Source: an uncultured cyanobacterium
GTDB lineage: Bacteria; Cyanobacteriota; Cyanobacteriia; PCC-6307; Cyanobiaceae
NCBI GenBank assembly: GCA_963765575.1
Contig: CAVXWZ010000011.1
Location: 704,001 to 768,000 of the forward strand
Direction: 5' to 3'
DNA: 64,000 bases
Both the position numbers and the translations under genes were made by a program. This document shows, in pieces, positions 1-10,438 of the stretch (the stretch's first letter is position 1; each line of letters starts with the position of its first letter). The notes below the pieces were generated by a model. That model saw only the letters and a program-made list of their open reading frames with translations, ran no database searches and was not told where the DNA came from.

Positions 1-297
1 GATGGCGGTGATCGCCGTCCAGGGAAGCTGCCAGCCACGCCGCAACCACCAGCCGCACCAGGCGGGATGGCCCACGCGGATGCCGGCGGCATCGAGCTCC
101 ACCTGCTCACTGGTGAGCGCCAGCACCAGCGCCAGCCCCAGGGGCACGGACGCCCAGAGCACGGCCCGCAGGCCGCTGGGGGCCTGCCAGGGCAGGGGCA
201 GCACCAGGGCCAGGTAGAGGCCGATCAGGGTGCAGCGGATCAGCGGCGCCATCGGATGGCGACGGCTGGGGCCTGAATCGGGGCTGGCGGACGGCAT
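1..297 (-). CDS. Hypothetical membrane protein, runs off window edge
   Basis: Hand translation from ATG 297: MPSASPDSGPSRRHPMAPLIRCTLIGLYLALVLPLPWQAPSGLRAVLWASVPLGLALVLALTSEQVELDAAGIRVGHPAWCGWWLRRGWQLPW...; two hydrophobic segments, open to base 1. Confidence 0.7.
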   Translation of the reverse strand, partial: MPSASPDSGPSRRHPMAPLIRCTLIGLYLALVLPLPWQAPSGLRAVLWASVPLGLALVLALTSEQVELDAAGIRVGHPAWCGWWLRRGWQLPWTAITAI

Positions 298-307
298 CGC
301 CTGGGCC

Positions 308-604
308 TCAGCGGTCCTCGGGGGAACCGGGCAGTGGTTCGATCTGCTCGGAGGGGCGATACAGGCCGCCGAACACCTCCCCCTCCCGGCCCTTCCAGAA
401 TTCGCCCAGGCGCATCAGATCGCCGTGGGCTTCCTGCAGCCGCTCCAGATACTCCTGGGGATCCATGGCACCTTTGGCCTCCTTGAGCTTGGCGAGGCGC
501 AGCATCTGCAGCATCCAGGGCTTGCTCAGTTCACCGCGCTGCTCCAGGTAGCGGGCCAGCTCCGCAGCGCTCGGTTGGGCGGGGGAGGGCGAGCTGCTTG
601 GCAT
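308..604 (-). CDS. Conserved hypothetical protein (98 aa)
   Basis: Only the C-terminal part of track ORF 308..1651 is protein-like (MPSSSPSPAQPSAAELARYLEQRGELSKPWMLQMLRL...); ATG at 604, directly downstream of crtH. Confidence 0.75.
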   Translation of the reverse strand: MPSSSPSPAQPSAAELARYLEQRGELSKPWMLQMLRLAKLKEAKGAMDPQEYLERLQEAHGDLMRLGEFWKGREGEVFGGLYRPSEQIEPLPGSPEDR

Positions 605-675
605 CTGGGGATGGCGGCCGTGGTGGTCCACGTTATGAAGGCCGCCGGGCGTCACGTGGACCCGCGCCGCAGGCC

Positions 676-2269
676 TCAGGCCGGCAGCTGCCAGGGGTTG
701 AGGCCCAGGTCGGCACCGATGCGGTGGGCGCAGGCGAAGCCGCTGAAGGCCACGGCGTTGAGGCCCTGGCCGGGGAAGCAGGAATCGCCCACGCAGTAGA
801 GATCCCTCACCCCGGTGCGGTTGAAGGGCATCGGCAGCAGGCCCGGCAGGCGCAGGGCGGGGATCGGTCCGTAGCTGCCGCCGGCGCGGCCCAGGAAGCG
901 GCGGTGGCTGCGGGGCGTGCCCACCTCCCGGTGGCGAATGCCCTCCTTCAGCCCCGGCAGAATCGCCTCCAGCCGCCCGATCAGGCGCTCGGCATCGGCG
1001 GCCTTCTTGGCGGCGTAGGCACTGGGGCTGAGCCCCTGCCAGTGCGCCATCGAGCTGGGCGTGAAGCTGTGCAGGATGTGCTGTCCAGCCGGAGCCAGGG
1101 AGGGATCCAGCAGGGTGGGCATCGACACGAACACCACCCCCTGCTCGGCCTCCATCTCGGCCCAGGCGTCGAGCAGCAGGTGGTGGCAGTGGAAGCCTTC
1201 CGGCACCACGGCGGCGTCGATGCCCAGGTGCAGGGAGAGAAAGGAGGGCGAGGGGCTGTAGCGCCGCCGCCAGGTGGTTTCGGCCTTGGGGGTGTGGGCG
1301 GCGTCCACCAGCGGGCGGGCAACGGTGCCAGGGCTGCCGGCGTTGCCGGCGAAGGTGTCCCAGCGGGTGGCGTTGCTCACCACCCGCCGGGCGTGGATGG
1401 TCTCGCCGCCGGCCAGCCTCACCCCCACGGCCCGGGCCGCCCCCGCTTCGCCCTCGATCAGCACCTCCACCGCGCGGGCTCCGTAGCGGATCGCCCCGCC
1501 GAGGGCCTCCAGGCCGGCCACCAGCTTGCGGGCGATCACACCCACACCGCCCTTGGGGTAATTGATGCCGCCGGCGTGCCGGTCGGAGAACACCATGCCG
1601 GCGTTGATCATCGGCGTGCGCTCCGCCGGCATCACCGACCAGCAGAAGCACTCCATGTCGATGAACTTCAGCAGTGCCTCATCGCGGATGTGCCGGCGCG
1701 CCACATCGCCCACGTTCACCGGCAGCCAGCGGGCCAGGCCCAGGCAGGCCAGGGGTGCCTTGAAGAACACCTTGGCCAGGTAGGCGGGATCCTCGAGCGA
1801 CAGCAGCGGCATCGCATCGAGGCAGCGGAACACCTGCCAGCAGGTGTCATAGAAGGCGCGAATCCCCTCGCGCTTCGTGGGGGAAGAGGGCGGTGAGATC
1901 GGCGATGAAGGTGCCGTAGTCACGGTCCACCGCCACCGTCAGACCATCGGGCAGGTGGTACTGCAGCTGGGCGGGGTCGGGCACCGTCTCGCAGTGCTGG
2001 CCCACATCGGCGAGGGCGCGGGTGAGCAGGTTGGTGTGGCCCTTCTCGCCGAAGCCGAAGATCATCGAGGCGCCCACATCGAAGGTGTAGCCCTGGCGCT
2101 GGAAGCTGCCGCCGCTGCCACCCGGGATCAGGTAGCGCTCCAGCACCAGCACCTTCGCCCCCTTGGCGGCCAGCTGGCTGGCGGTGACCAGGCCGCCGAT
2201 GCCGGCGCCGATCACGATCACATCCCAGGGGGCTTCGGGCACGTCGCCGCAATCAGGAGGGCGCAGCAA
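676..2269 (-). CDS. crtH: Carotenoid isomerase CrtH, split by a one-base frameshift near 1864-1870
   Basis: ORF 1847..2269 has the FAD motif DVIVIGAGIGG and FDVGASMIFGFG; ORF 676..1923 continues GIRAFYDTCWQVF...TPMINAGMVFSDRHAGGINYPKGG...YCVGDSCFPGQGLNAVAFSG; removing one base joins them. Confidence 0.9.
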
Positions 2270-2284
2270 ACCTAGGGGCTGGGC

Positions 2285-3249
2285 TCAGTTGGGGAGCTCC
2301 ACCAGGGTGGTGGGCGGCACGTCGGTGGGATCTTGAGGGCCCATCGGCAGCAGCCGCAACCTGCCGCCCGCCGCGGCCTGGGCCACGCCGTAGGGGATAT
2401 CGAAGTTGTTGAGGATGTGGAACAGCCTGGCCACGGCCGCGTGGGCATTGGGTGCCGGAGCGGCCAGGTGGGTGAAGTAGGCCATGCGCACAAAGCGCGA
2501 GGGCGGCGTGTAATCCCCCGGCAGGCCCAGACCGCCGGCGCCCATGCCAAGCGACTTCACGGTGAGACTGCCGGCCTTGGGGGCGCTGAGGGTGCGCGGC
2601 TTGGGATTGGTGTTGCTGGTGCTGAGGTAGTTGCTGAGGTTGGTGGTGTGCCACTCAAAAGTGGGGGAATTGGTGAGCACCCGCACCGGATTGTCGTGGG
2701 CCACCAGACGGCCGCCGCGGGGCGCGATCACGAGGCTTTTACCGCTGGCGTCCTGAATTTTGAAGTGCGCATCCGGCACGATTCCGAGCATGTCCAGCAC
2801 CTCCTCCACCGTGGCGAAGTTGGCCAGGATCCAGGTGCTCACCTGTCCTGGCGCCAGGGTGCTCGTCTGAACCGCCTTGTCCTCAGGGGTGGACTGGGCG
2901 TAGCCAGGGAAATAGAACACCCCCACATTCAGCCCCTTCTCGTTGAGGCCATCGAGGATCATGTCGGTGTTGGTGGCCGCCGTGGCGCCCACAAAGCCGT
3001 AGCGGGAGCGAAAGCGCAGCCCCGCCCCCTGGGTGCTGTTGCCGGTGAAGGAGCTTCCAGCTGGCCAGATCGCCAGTTGCGAGTCGACAGGCTGACCGAA
3101 CTCCAGCGTGCGACCCACAACCACGCTGCCGTCAGTGGCGGTGAGTGCCCCGCCGGTGCAGGCCTGGGCGGCGGGGGCCAGGCCCGTGGCCTCGACGAGG
3201 CCACGACCGTGGCGGCCACAAGACCGGTGAACAGACGGGGCTGGAGCAT
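2285..3249 (-). pseudogene. Degraded choloylglycine hydrolase / penicillin V acylase family (Ntn hydrolase) gene
   Basis: Mature-type start AQA-CTGGAL...GRTLEF, DGLNEKGL, LTNSPTFEWH, LPGDYTPPSRF, NNFDIP; signal-peptide-like MLQPRLFTGLVAATVVAS is in a different frame; apparent internal deletions. Confidence 0.7.
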
Positions 3250-3298
3250 GGCAGGGCTGGTTGGAGTGCTGCTTCACAGCTAGCCAGAGCGACCCGAT

Positions 3299-4666
<1,368 letters not shown>

Positions 4667-4673
4667 TGCAACC

Positions 4674-4796
4674 TCAGGCGCGGGCGCGCTTGAGCATCAG
4701 TTGCAGTTGGCCCACGGCAGCCCGGCCGATGTGGAACACGGCCCAGGAGGCGGCCAGAAGGATCGGAGCGGCAACCAGCACCAGCCGGAGGTCCAT
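4674..4796 (-). CDS. psbY: Photosystem II protein Y (40 aa; below ORF-track cutoff)
   Basis: Hand translation [40 protein letters not shown]. Confidence 0.92.
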   Translation of the reverse strand: MDLRLVLVAAPILLAASWAVFHIGRAAVGQLQLMLKRARA

Positions 4797-4869
4797 GGGA
4801 GTGCGGTGAAAGGTGGCGTGATTCTACGGACAGCCCTGCTGTTGCGGTGCTGCTCGACGTGGTTGGCAA

Positions 4870-5418
4870 TCACTGCGGTGCAAAACCGGGCTCGCTGCTG
4901 CGGCCGGCATGGGCCATGGCCAGCTGCCGATAACGACGGGCATGGTCGCGCTGGCCGGCGATGGCCTCGGCACTGAGCTCCCGCCTGACCTGGGCCGGCG
5001 TCCCCATCACCAGGGCGCCAGGGGGCACGTCGCGGGTCACCACCGAGCCGGCCGCCACCAGGGCCCCGGCCCCCACGGTGACCCCATTCAGCACCACGGC
5101 GCCGATGCCGATCAGGCAGCCGTCCTCCAGGGTGGCGCCATGCACCACGGCGCGATGGCCGATGGTCACATCGGCACCGATCAGCACCGGTTGGCCGGGA
5201 TCGCCGTGCAGCACGGAGCCGTCCTGCACGTTGCTGCCCGTGCCGATCACGATCGGGCAGACATCGCCACGGGCCACGGCCGTGGGCCACAGGCTGGCGC
5301 CGGCCTCGAGGCGCACATCGCCGATCAGCACCGCCGATTCAGCCACCCAGGCATCGGCATGCACCTGGGGTTCGGGCCAGGGGGCGGCGGGCCTGCCGGC
5401 GGACGGCGCAGGGCACAT
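4870..5418 (-). CDS. Gamma carbonic anhydrase family (hexapeptide repeat) protein
   Basis: [30 protein letters not shown] left-handed beta-helix motifs. Confidence 0.9.
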   Translation of the reverse strand: MCPAPSAGRPAAPWPEPQVHADAWVAESAVLIGDVRLEAGASLWPTAVARGDVCPIVIGTGSNVQDGSVLHGDPGQPVLIGADVTIGHRAVVHGATLEDGCLIGIGAVVLNGVTVGAGALVAAGSVVTRDVPPGALVMGTPAQVRRELSAEAIAGQRDHARRYRQLAMAHAGRSSEPGFAPQ

Positions 5419-5521
5419 GGCGGGGGCTGCAGGGGCGGCTGGTGGCCTTCCATCCTCCCCCCGTGCCCGGGTTGGAACCGCAGCCTCCGGGTGATACGGT
5501 CAGTCGGTGCCTGATGGGTGC

Positions 5522-5593
5522 GGGTCGCTAGCTCAGCGGTAGAGCACTCGGCTTTTAACCGATTGGTCCTGAGTTCGAATCTCAGGCGACCCA
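5522..5593 (+). tRNA. tRNA-Lys(TTT)
   Basis: GGGTCGC acceptor stem pairs with GCGACCC; D arm AGCTCAGCGGTAGAGC; anticodon loop CT-TTT-AA; T loop GTTCGAAT. Confidence 0.96.
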
Positions 5594-5652
5594 TTCCAGT
5601 CGCCTCAGCGGCAGGGAGTTGCTCCGCGGCAACGGTGGCCGCAGCGAGCTCC

Positions 5653-5945
5653 ATGCGCATCGGGGTCGAGCACCGCACCGCTTGCCACGCCAGCGAGCCG
5701 GTGCGGTTCGGACCCCACACCCTGCGCCTGCGACCCCGTGGCCAGCCTGCAGCTGGACCCCCTGGATGCCGAGGGCAACCGGCTCCCGCGCCTCTGGTTT
5801 GAGGGATCATGCGAGCGGCTCGCGATCATGTCGCGGTTTGCGGTCCAGATCCCTGCGTCGCGCAACGGCACCTGCATGCCTGGCCGGAGGTGGATCTCGG
5901 TGGATCTGGCGGGGCTGGGCGGACAGGGCTTCGACCCCACCCGCG
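5653..5945 (+). pseudogene. Remnant of a transglutaminase-like gene
   Basis: Fragments in several frames: MRIGVEHRT...PVRFGPHTLRLRPR (bacterial transglutaminase N-terminus), LDAEGN..RLWFEG, then LHAWPEV and GFDPT (catalytic His/Asp region); central domain absent. Confidence 0.65.
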
Positions 5946-5946
5946 C

Positions 5947-7041
5947 TCAGCCCAGCCGCCGCAGGGTGAGCGGGCCGAGCGGATGCTCGGCGTGGGGGTA
6001 GGGGCTGTGGTGGTGCCCCTGGTGCTGGCCGCTCTGATGGCCGGGCGGCAAGGGCACCCCATCGGGCTGGCAGGCGCCGGTGCACTCGCGCTCGCAGAGG
6101 GTGCAGGGCTCATTGAGGCCCTCCACGTGGTGGTGATGGCTGTGCTGGGGCGCTCCCACCTCCTGCTCGAAGCCCAGCACCTGGGCCCGGTATTTGCACA
6201 GGGAACAATTCATCGCCGTGTCGCCGCGGATCGCCTCCTCCAGCCGTTCGCGGAAGGTGTCGATCACCAGCGGATGGTCGTTGAGATAACCGGCCTTGAG
6301 AAACTGCACCTCGGGATGGTCGGCGGCCACCCGGTCGGTGTGCTGGTGGATTCGGCTCACCAGCACACCGGAAAAGAGGAAATAGGGGAACACCACAATG
6401 CGCCGGAAGCCGAGCCGCACCACGTGACGCAGGCCAGGCTCCACCAGCGGAAAGGTCACCCCCGAGTACACCGTTTCGCCCCAGCCGAAGCCGAAACCCT
6501 CCACCAGCATGCGCATCACCTTGGTGACATTGGAGTTGGCGTCGGGGTCGGAGGAGCCCCGACCCACCACCACCAGCAGGGTGTCGCTGAGGGGCACCGC
6601 GGGGCCAGCAGCATCGCCGGCGCTGATCGCGTCGCGCACCCGGGCCCCGGCGGCCTGGATCATCTTGCGGTCGATCCCCAGTTCGCGGCCGTACTGAATC
6701 TGCAGGCCGGTTTCGCTTGCGTAGGTGTTCAACACCGAGGGGATGTCGTTCTTGGCATGGCCGGCGGCGAAGAGCATGGCCGGCACGGCCAGCACCCGGC
6801 TCACCCCCCGCTGGCGCAGCCGATCGAGGCCATCGCGGAGGATCGGGCGGGCGAATTCCAGGTAGCCATGCTCCACCGGCACCTCCGGCAGGGAGCGGCG
6901 CAGGCCCTGGGCCAGACGTGCGAATTCCGCGCAGGCCTGGCGGTTGCGGCTGCCGTGGCCGCAGATCATCACGCCCAGGCCCTCCATGGTGCTGAAATCA
7001 ACTGGCGGGGTTGATGCCGGGGTCGCCGTGGGGCTGTGCAT
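5947..7041 (-). CDS. cbiX: Sirohydrochlorin cobaltochelatase CbiX
   Basis: CGHGSR, GYLEFARP, AAGHAKNDIP, GRGSSDPDAN, MNCSLCKYR and His-rich C-terminus; start uncertain (7041 or 6987). Confidence 0.92.
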   Translation of the reverse strand: MHSPTATPASTPPVDFSTMEGLGVMICGHGSRNRQACAEFARLAQGLRRSLPEVPVEHGYLEFARPILRDGLDRLRQRGVSRVLAVPAMLFAAGHAKNDIPSVLNTYASETGLQIQYGRELGIDRKMIQAAGARVRDAISAGDAAGPAVPLSDTLLVVVGRGSSDPDANSNVTKVMRMLVEGFGFGWGETVYSGVTFPLVEPGLRHVVRLGFRRIVVFPYFLFSGVLVSRIHQHTDRVAADHPEVQFLKAGYLNDHPLVIDTFRERLEEAIRGDTAMNCSLCKYRAQVLGFEQEVGAPQHSHHHHVEGLNEPCTLCERECTGACQPDGVPLPPGHQSGQHQGHHHSPYPHAEHPLGPLTLRRLG

Positions 7042-7077
7042 GGGCTCTGCCGGGATCCGCGCCGGGTTCGAGAGGAT

Positions 7078-7228
7078 GGGAATCGGCGAGCGTTCTGGCT
7101 GAGGCGCTGGGCTGATGCCCGGTTCCATCACAGCTGCGGGACAGCGCCGGATTCGGGACGGGCTGGACCCGCGCCACACCGGACTTTCCTCGTTGTCTTC
7201 CGCGGATGATCCGCGGAAACCGATCCCC
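7078..7228 (-). promoter_or_regulatory. Cobalamin riboswitch in the cbiX leader
   Basis: Minus strand reads GGATCGGTTTCCGCGGATCATCCGCGGAAGACAACGAGGAAAGTCCGGTG...AATCCGGCGCTGTCCCGCAGCTGTGA...AGCCAGAACGCTCGCCGATTCC, matching the cobalamin aptamer core and B12 box, just upstream of a B12-pathway gene. Confidence 0.88.
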
Positions 7229-7397
7229 ACCATTGTGCCGTTGCCTGGGGCAACGGCTCCGGGCTGCTTGCACCGCTCCAGTCCTCCGCTGCCGGCAGCG
7301 CGAAAGCTCCGGCTGGATCAGCTCTGCGGCCAGCGCCCGTCACGTTCCGAGACCGTCCAGCCTCGCTGGTTGCACGGGGGGCCCAGGATGGCCCCCG

Positions 7398-8309
7398 ATG
7401 CTGAGCCTCAGCTCTGCCCGCTCCTACACCTTCCTCTCGATCGGGGCGGCCGTGGCCACGATCGTGCTCAAGGTGGCGGCCTGGCGCATCACCGGTTCGG
7501 TGGGGCTGCTCTCCGATGCCCTCGAGTCGGGGGTGAACCTGCTCGCGGCTCTCGGTGCCTTCTTGGCGCTCACCCTGGCGGCCAAGCCCGCCGACCGGAG
7601 CCACCCCTACGGCCACTTCAAGGCGGAGTATTTCTCCAGCGGTCTGGAGAGCGCCCTGATCCTGGTGGCCGCCATCGCCATCCTGGTTGCGGCGGGGGGG
7701 CGCTTGCTGGCGCCCGAGCCGCTCGAACAGCTGGGCGCCGGTCTGGGGCTGTCGCTGGTGGCCAGCGCCATCAATGGTTTGGTGGCCTGGGTTCTGCTGG
7801 GGGCCAGCCGGCGCTTCCACTCGATCACGCTGCGGGCTGATGCCCAGCACCTGCTCACCGACGTGTGGACCTCGTTGGGGGTGGTGGTGGCTGTGGGCCT
7901 GGTGCAGCTCACCGGCCAGACCGTCCTCGATCCCCTGATCGCCATCGTCGTGGCCCTGAACATCGTGGTGATGGGCTGGAAGCTGCTGCGGGAAACGGCC
8001 TCGGGCCTGCTTGATCAGGCCCTGCCGGAGGAGGAGCTGCGCCAGCTGCAGGACCTCCTCGCTGCCCATACCGGCGACGGACTGGCCGTGCATGCCCTGC
8101 GCAGCAGGGTGGCCGGATCACGGCGCTTTGTGGCCTTTCACCTGCTCGTTCCCGGCCATTGGAGCGTCAAGGCGGGCCATGACCTCTGTGAGCGGCTGGA
8201 GCAGCAGATCGGCGCCACCCTGCCGCGCACTGACGTGACCATCCACCTGGAGCCGATCGAGGACCCCCGTTCCTGGCGTGACCACGGCTTCGGCTGGGAT
8301 CCGCCGTGA
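7398..8309 (+). CDS. Cation diffusion facilitator (FieF-like) metal transporter
   Basis: TGSVGLLSDALES, PADRSHPYGHFKAEY, ADAQHLLTD, IHLEP. Confidence 0.92.
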   Translation: MLSLSSARSYTFLSIGAAVATIVLKVAAWRITGSVGLLSDALESGVNLLAALGAFLALTLAAKPADRSHPYGHFKAEYFSSGLESALILVAAIAILVAAGGRLLAPEPLEQLGAGLGLSLVASAINGLVAWVLLGASRRFHSITLRADAQHLLTDVWTSLGVVVAVGLVQLTGQTVLDPLIAIVVALNIVVMGWKLLRETASGLLDQALPEEELRQLQDLLAAHTGDGLAVHALRSRVAGSRRFVAFHLLVPGHWSVKAGHDLCERLEQQIGATLPRTDVTIHLEPIEDPRSWRDHGFGWDPP

Positions 8310-8372
8310 GCGCCGGCCGCTCACCGGCTGGTCTTGGCCGAACGGCCATTCGGTGGGCGGATGGCGATGGGC

Positions 8373-9578
8373 TCAGTCGGTTGTCGGCGCTGTGGAGGCT
8401 GGCGGAGCCCCCCCGTTGATCCCGCCGTTCTCGTTGTCCTGTTCAACGTCACTGCCATCGCGACTGCCATCGCGATGGCCATCTTCTGAGCGCTCGAGCA
8501 GCGGCAGGATCGGTGGGATCAGCCACGGCCAGGAGAGGTCTCCCAGGCCTGCGGGCACCGGTTCTGGCTCCGGGCCCACCACGTCGAAGGAGGTGCGCCT
8601 CACCACCAGGCGGAACTGGCGTGGCGACAGCTTGATGTTGATGAACTCCTGCACGGCACTCACCTGGGTGAAGGTGGGCAGGCGTGGATTTGTGACGCTC
8701 ACCCGGGCGGTGATCACCGGCGGACTGACGTCCCAATCGACCAGCACACTCTCCAGCTCCGAATCGCGGCCCAGGGTGATCGTTTCGTTGCGCAGGCTGC
8801 TGAGGATCAATTCTTCGATGCGCTGGGCCTGAACCTGGCGGCGCGAGACCCCCAGCAGGTTGAGCAGACTGCCCCCCAGGGGAACCACCAGCAGCGCAGT
8901 CAGGGCCATGCTCGTGATCCCCAGCCGGCTGCGCAGCAGCCGACCGCGGAAGGGCCGCTCCAGCACATTCAGCGTCACCATCGCGCCGCTGAGGATGCCG
9001 AGCAGGTTGGTGAGGAACAGCAGAGCGGCGCCGTAGCTCTCCATCCAGAGACCGGCTGCCAGCAGCAGGCCGGTCACGCAGACCGGCGGCATCAGGGCCA
9101 CGGCAATGGCCAGGCCTGCCAGTGCGTTGATGGCCTCCTTGCGCAGCTTGGCGAACATCGCCACCACCCCGGCGGCAAGGGCGATGCCCAGATCGAGCAG
9201 GTTCGGGCTCGTGCGTGCCATCACCTCGCTGCCGAAGCTGGGGAAGGCCACCAGCAGGCCCACGGCCACCGACACGCTCAATCCCAGCCCGACGCCCAGG
9301 GCGAGGGTGCGCAGGGCTGCGAGGAAGTCGTCGAACTGTCCACGCAGAACCTGGAAGGCCATGGCCTGCAGGGGCATGATCCAGGGGGCCACGACCATGG
9401 CGCCGATCACCACAGCAGCGCTGTTGGCCAGCAGCCCCAGGGTGGCGATCAGCGAGGAGCCCAGGGTGAGCACCGCGAACACCTGGCCGAAGTGGGCGTC
9501 CCTGGCGAACTCTTCGCGCAGCACAACCAAGCGGGCTTTGTCGGCCTGCAGGGAGCGATCCGGGGTGTGGCTGCGCAT
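8373..9578 (-). CDS. DUF389-type membrane protein
   Basis: IATLGLLANSAAVVIGAMVVAP, EVMARTSPNLLDL, GLAIAVALMPP. Confidence 0.85.
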   Translation of the reverse strand: MRSHTPDRSLQADKARLVVLREEFARDAHFGQVFAVLTLGSSLIATLGLLANSAAVVIGAMVVAPWIMPLQAMAFQVLRGQFDDFLAALRTLALGVGLGLSVSVAVGLLVAFPSFGSEVMARTSPNLLDLGIALAAGVVAMFAKLRKEAINALAGLAIAVALMPPVCVTGLLLAAGLWMESYGAALLFLTNLLGILSGAMVTLNVLERPFRGRLLRSRLGITSMALTALLVVPLGGSLLNLLGVSRRQVQAQRIEELILSSLRNETITLGRDSELESVLVDWDVSPPVITARVSVTNPRLPTFTQVSAVQEFINIKLSPRQFRLVVRRTSFDVVGPEPEPVPAGLGDLSWPWLIPPILPLLERSEDGHRDGSRDGSDVEQDNENGGINGGAPPASTAPTTD

Positions 9579-9675
9579 CAGCCCGTCCAGGGCCGATGCC
9601 CTGCAGTTCAGCCATGCAGTCTGGAGCCAGCACCGCCCTCAGCCAGAGGTCGGTGCTGGCGGTTCAGTGGCCGGA

Positions 9676-9864
9676 TCAGGCGCGGGGTTTGATGCCCAGC
9701 AGCTCAGCGCCGTACTGCTCACTGAACATGGCCTGGGTCTGCCAGACGGAGAGCAGGGATTTGGCGATGCTGCGCAGCTCCTCGATGTTGTCGCAGGCAT
9801 CGATGGCACGCGAATGCATGGCCACGGTGAACTGGCGGCTGAGGGGGAGGCTGGGGTCGGACAT
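9676..9864 (-). CDS. Small helical protein, NblA-like (62 aa)
   Basis: MSDPSLPLSRQFTVAMHSRAIDACDNIEELRSIAKSLLSVWQTQAMFSEQYGAELLGIKPRA; L-x-L-x-x-Q-F start resembles NblA LSLEQQF; AT-rich leader. Confidence 0.55.
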   Translation of the reverse strand: MSDPSLPLSRQFTVAMHSRAIDACDNIEELRSIAKSLLSVWQTQAMFSEQYGAELLGIKPRA

Positions 9865-9934
9865 GAACAAGTGTGTTGGGACGTATTGAGAAATGTAACG
9901 AGCCCACGGAGCTGGCGTGGCGGCTCGCCGGTGC

Positions 9935-10429
9935 GGACGTCCGACCCACTGCTTGATCCAGTAGATCCAGCCGAACACCTTCTCGATGTCGCCGCCGATG
10001 CTGTTCTGGTGCCCACCGCTTGGGTGATGCGGCGCTCGACGATCAGGGCAGTGCTGGATGGGCATTCGACGTCCTGGCCAGCAGAGCGTCGGGATCGGTG
10101 GTGGAGCGTGTTGAGCAGTGGTTTCACCTCGGGGGTGCCCATCAGCTTCTGGAGAAACTGGCCCGCGACCTGCTCAGTCAGGAGCCCGGCACGGTTCTTG
10201 CTGAGCGTGGTGGGATGCCAGATCGGATCGTCCGGGCGCCGGCCGACAAACCAGCGGAACAGCAGGTTGGCGTGCAGCTGCTCGGGCGGCAGCGGACGCT
10301 CGATGGGATCTGCTCGTCGATCGAAACGCAGGAGAACAGATCGCCGCTGCGCACCTGTTGACCAAGCATCTCAGCTGGGCGGTTGCCCCGTTAGCGCAGG
10401 GGCGGCAGGGTTTTTCAGCGAACTCCTAG
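9935..10429 (-). mobile_element. Degenerate IS5-family element (transposase fragments plus one terminal end)
   Basis: End sequence CTAGGAGTTCGCTGAAAAACCC at 10429-10408; fragments MLGQQVRSGDLFSCVSIDEQIP, EQLHANLLFRWFVG..PDDPIWHPTTLSKNR...EVKPLL, ALIVERRITQAVGT, IEKVFGWI..IKQW in shifting frames. Confidence 0.85.
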
Positions 10430-10438
10430 GTTCAGGCG

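Noticed and set aside
8450..8483. 12-bp tandem repeat in the DUF389 3' end
   Set aside because: In-frame low-complexity tail (RDGS-type repeats); no sign of a separate function.
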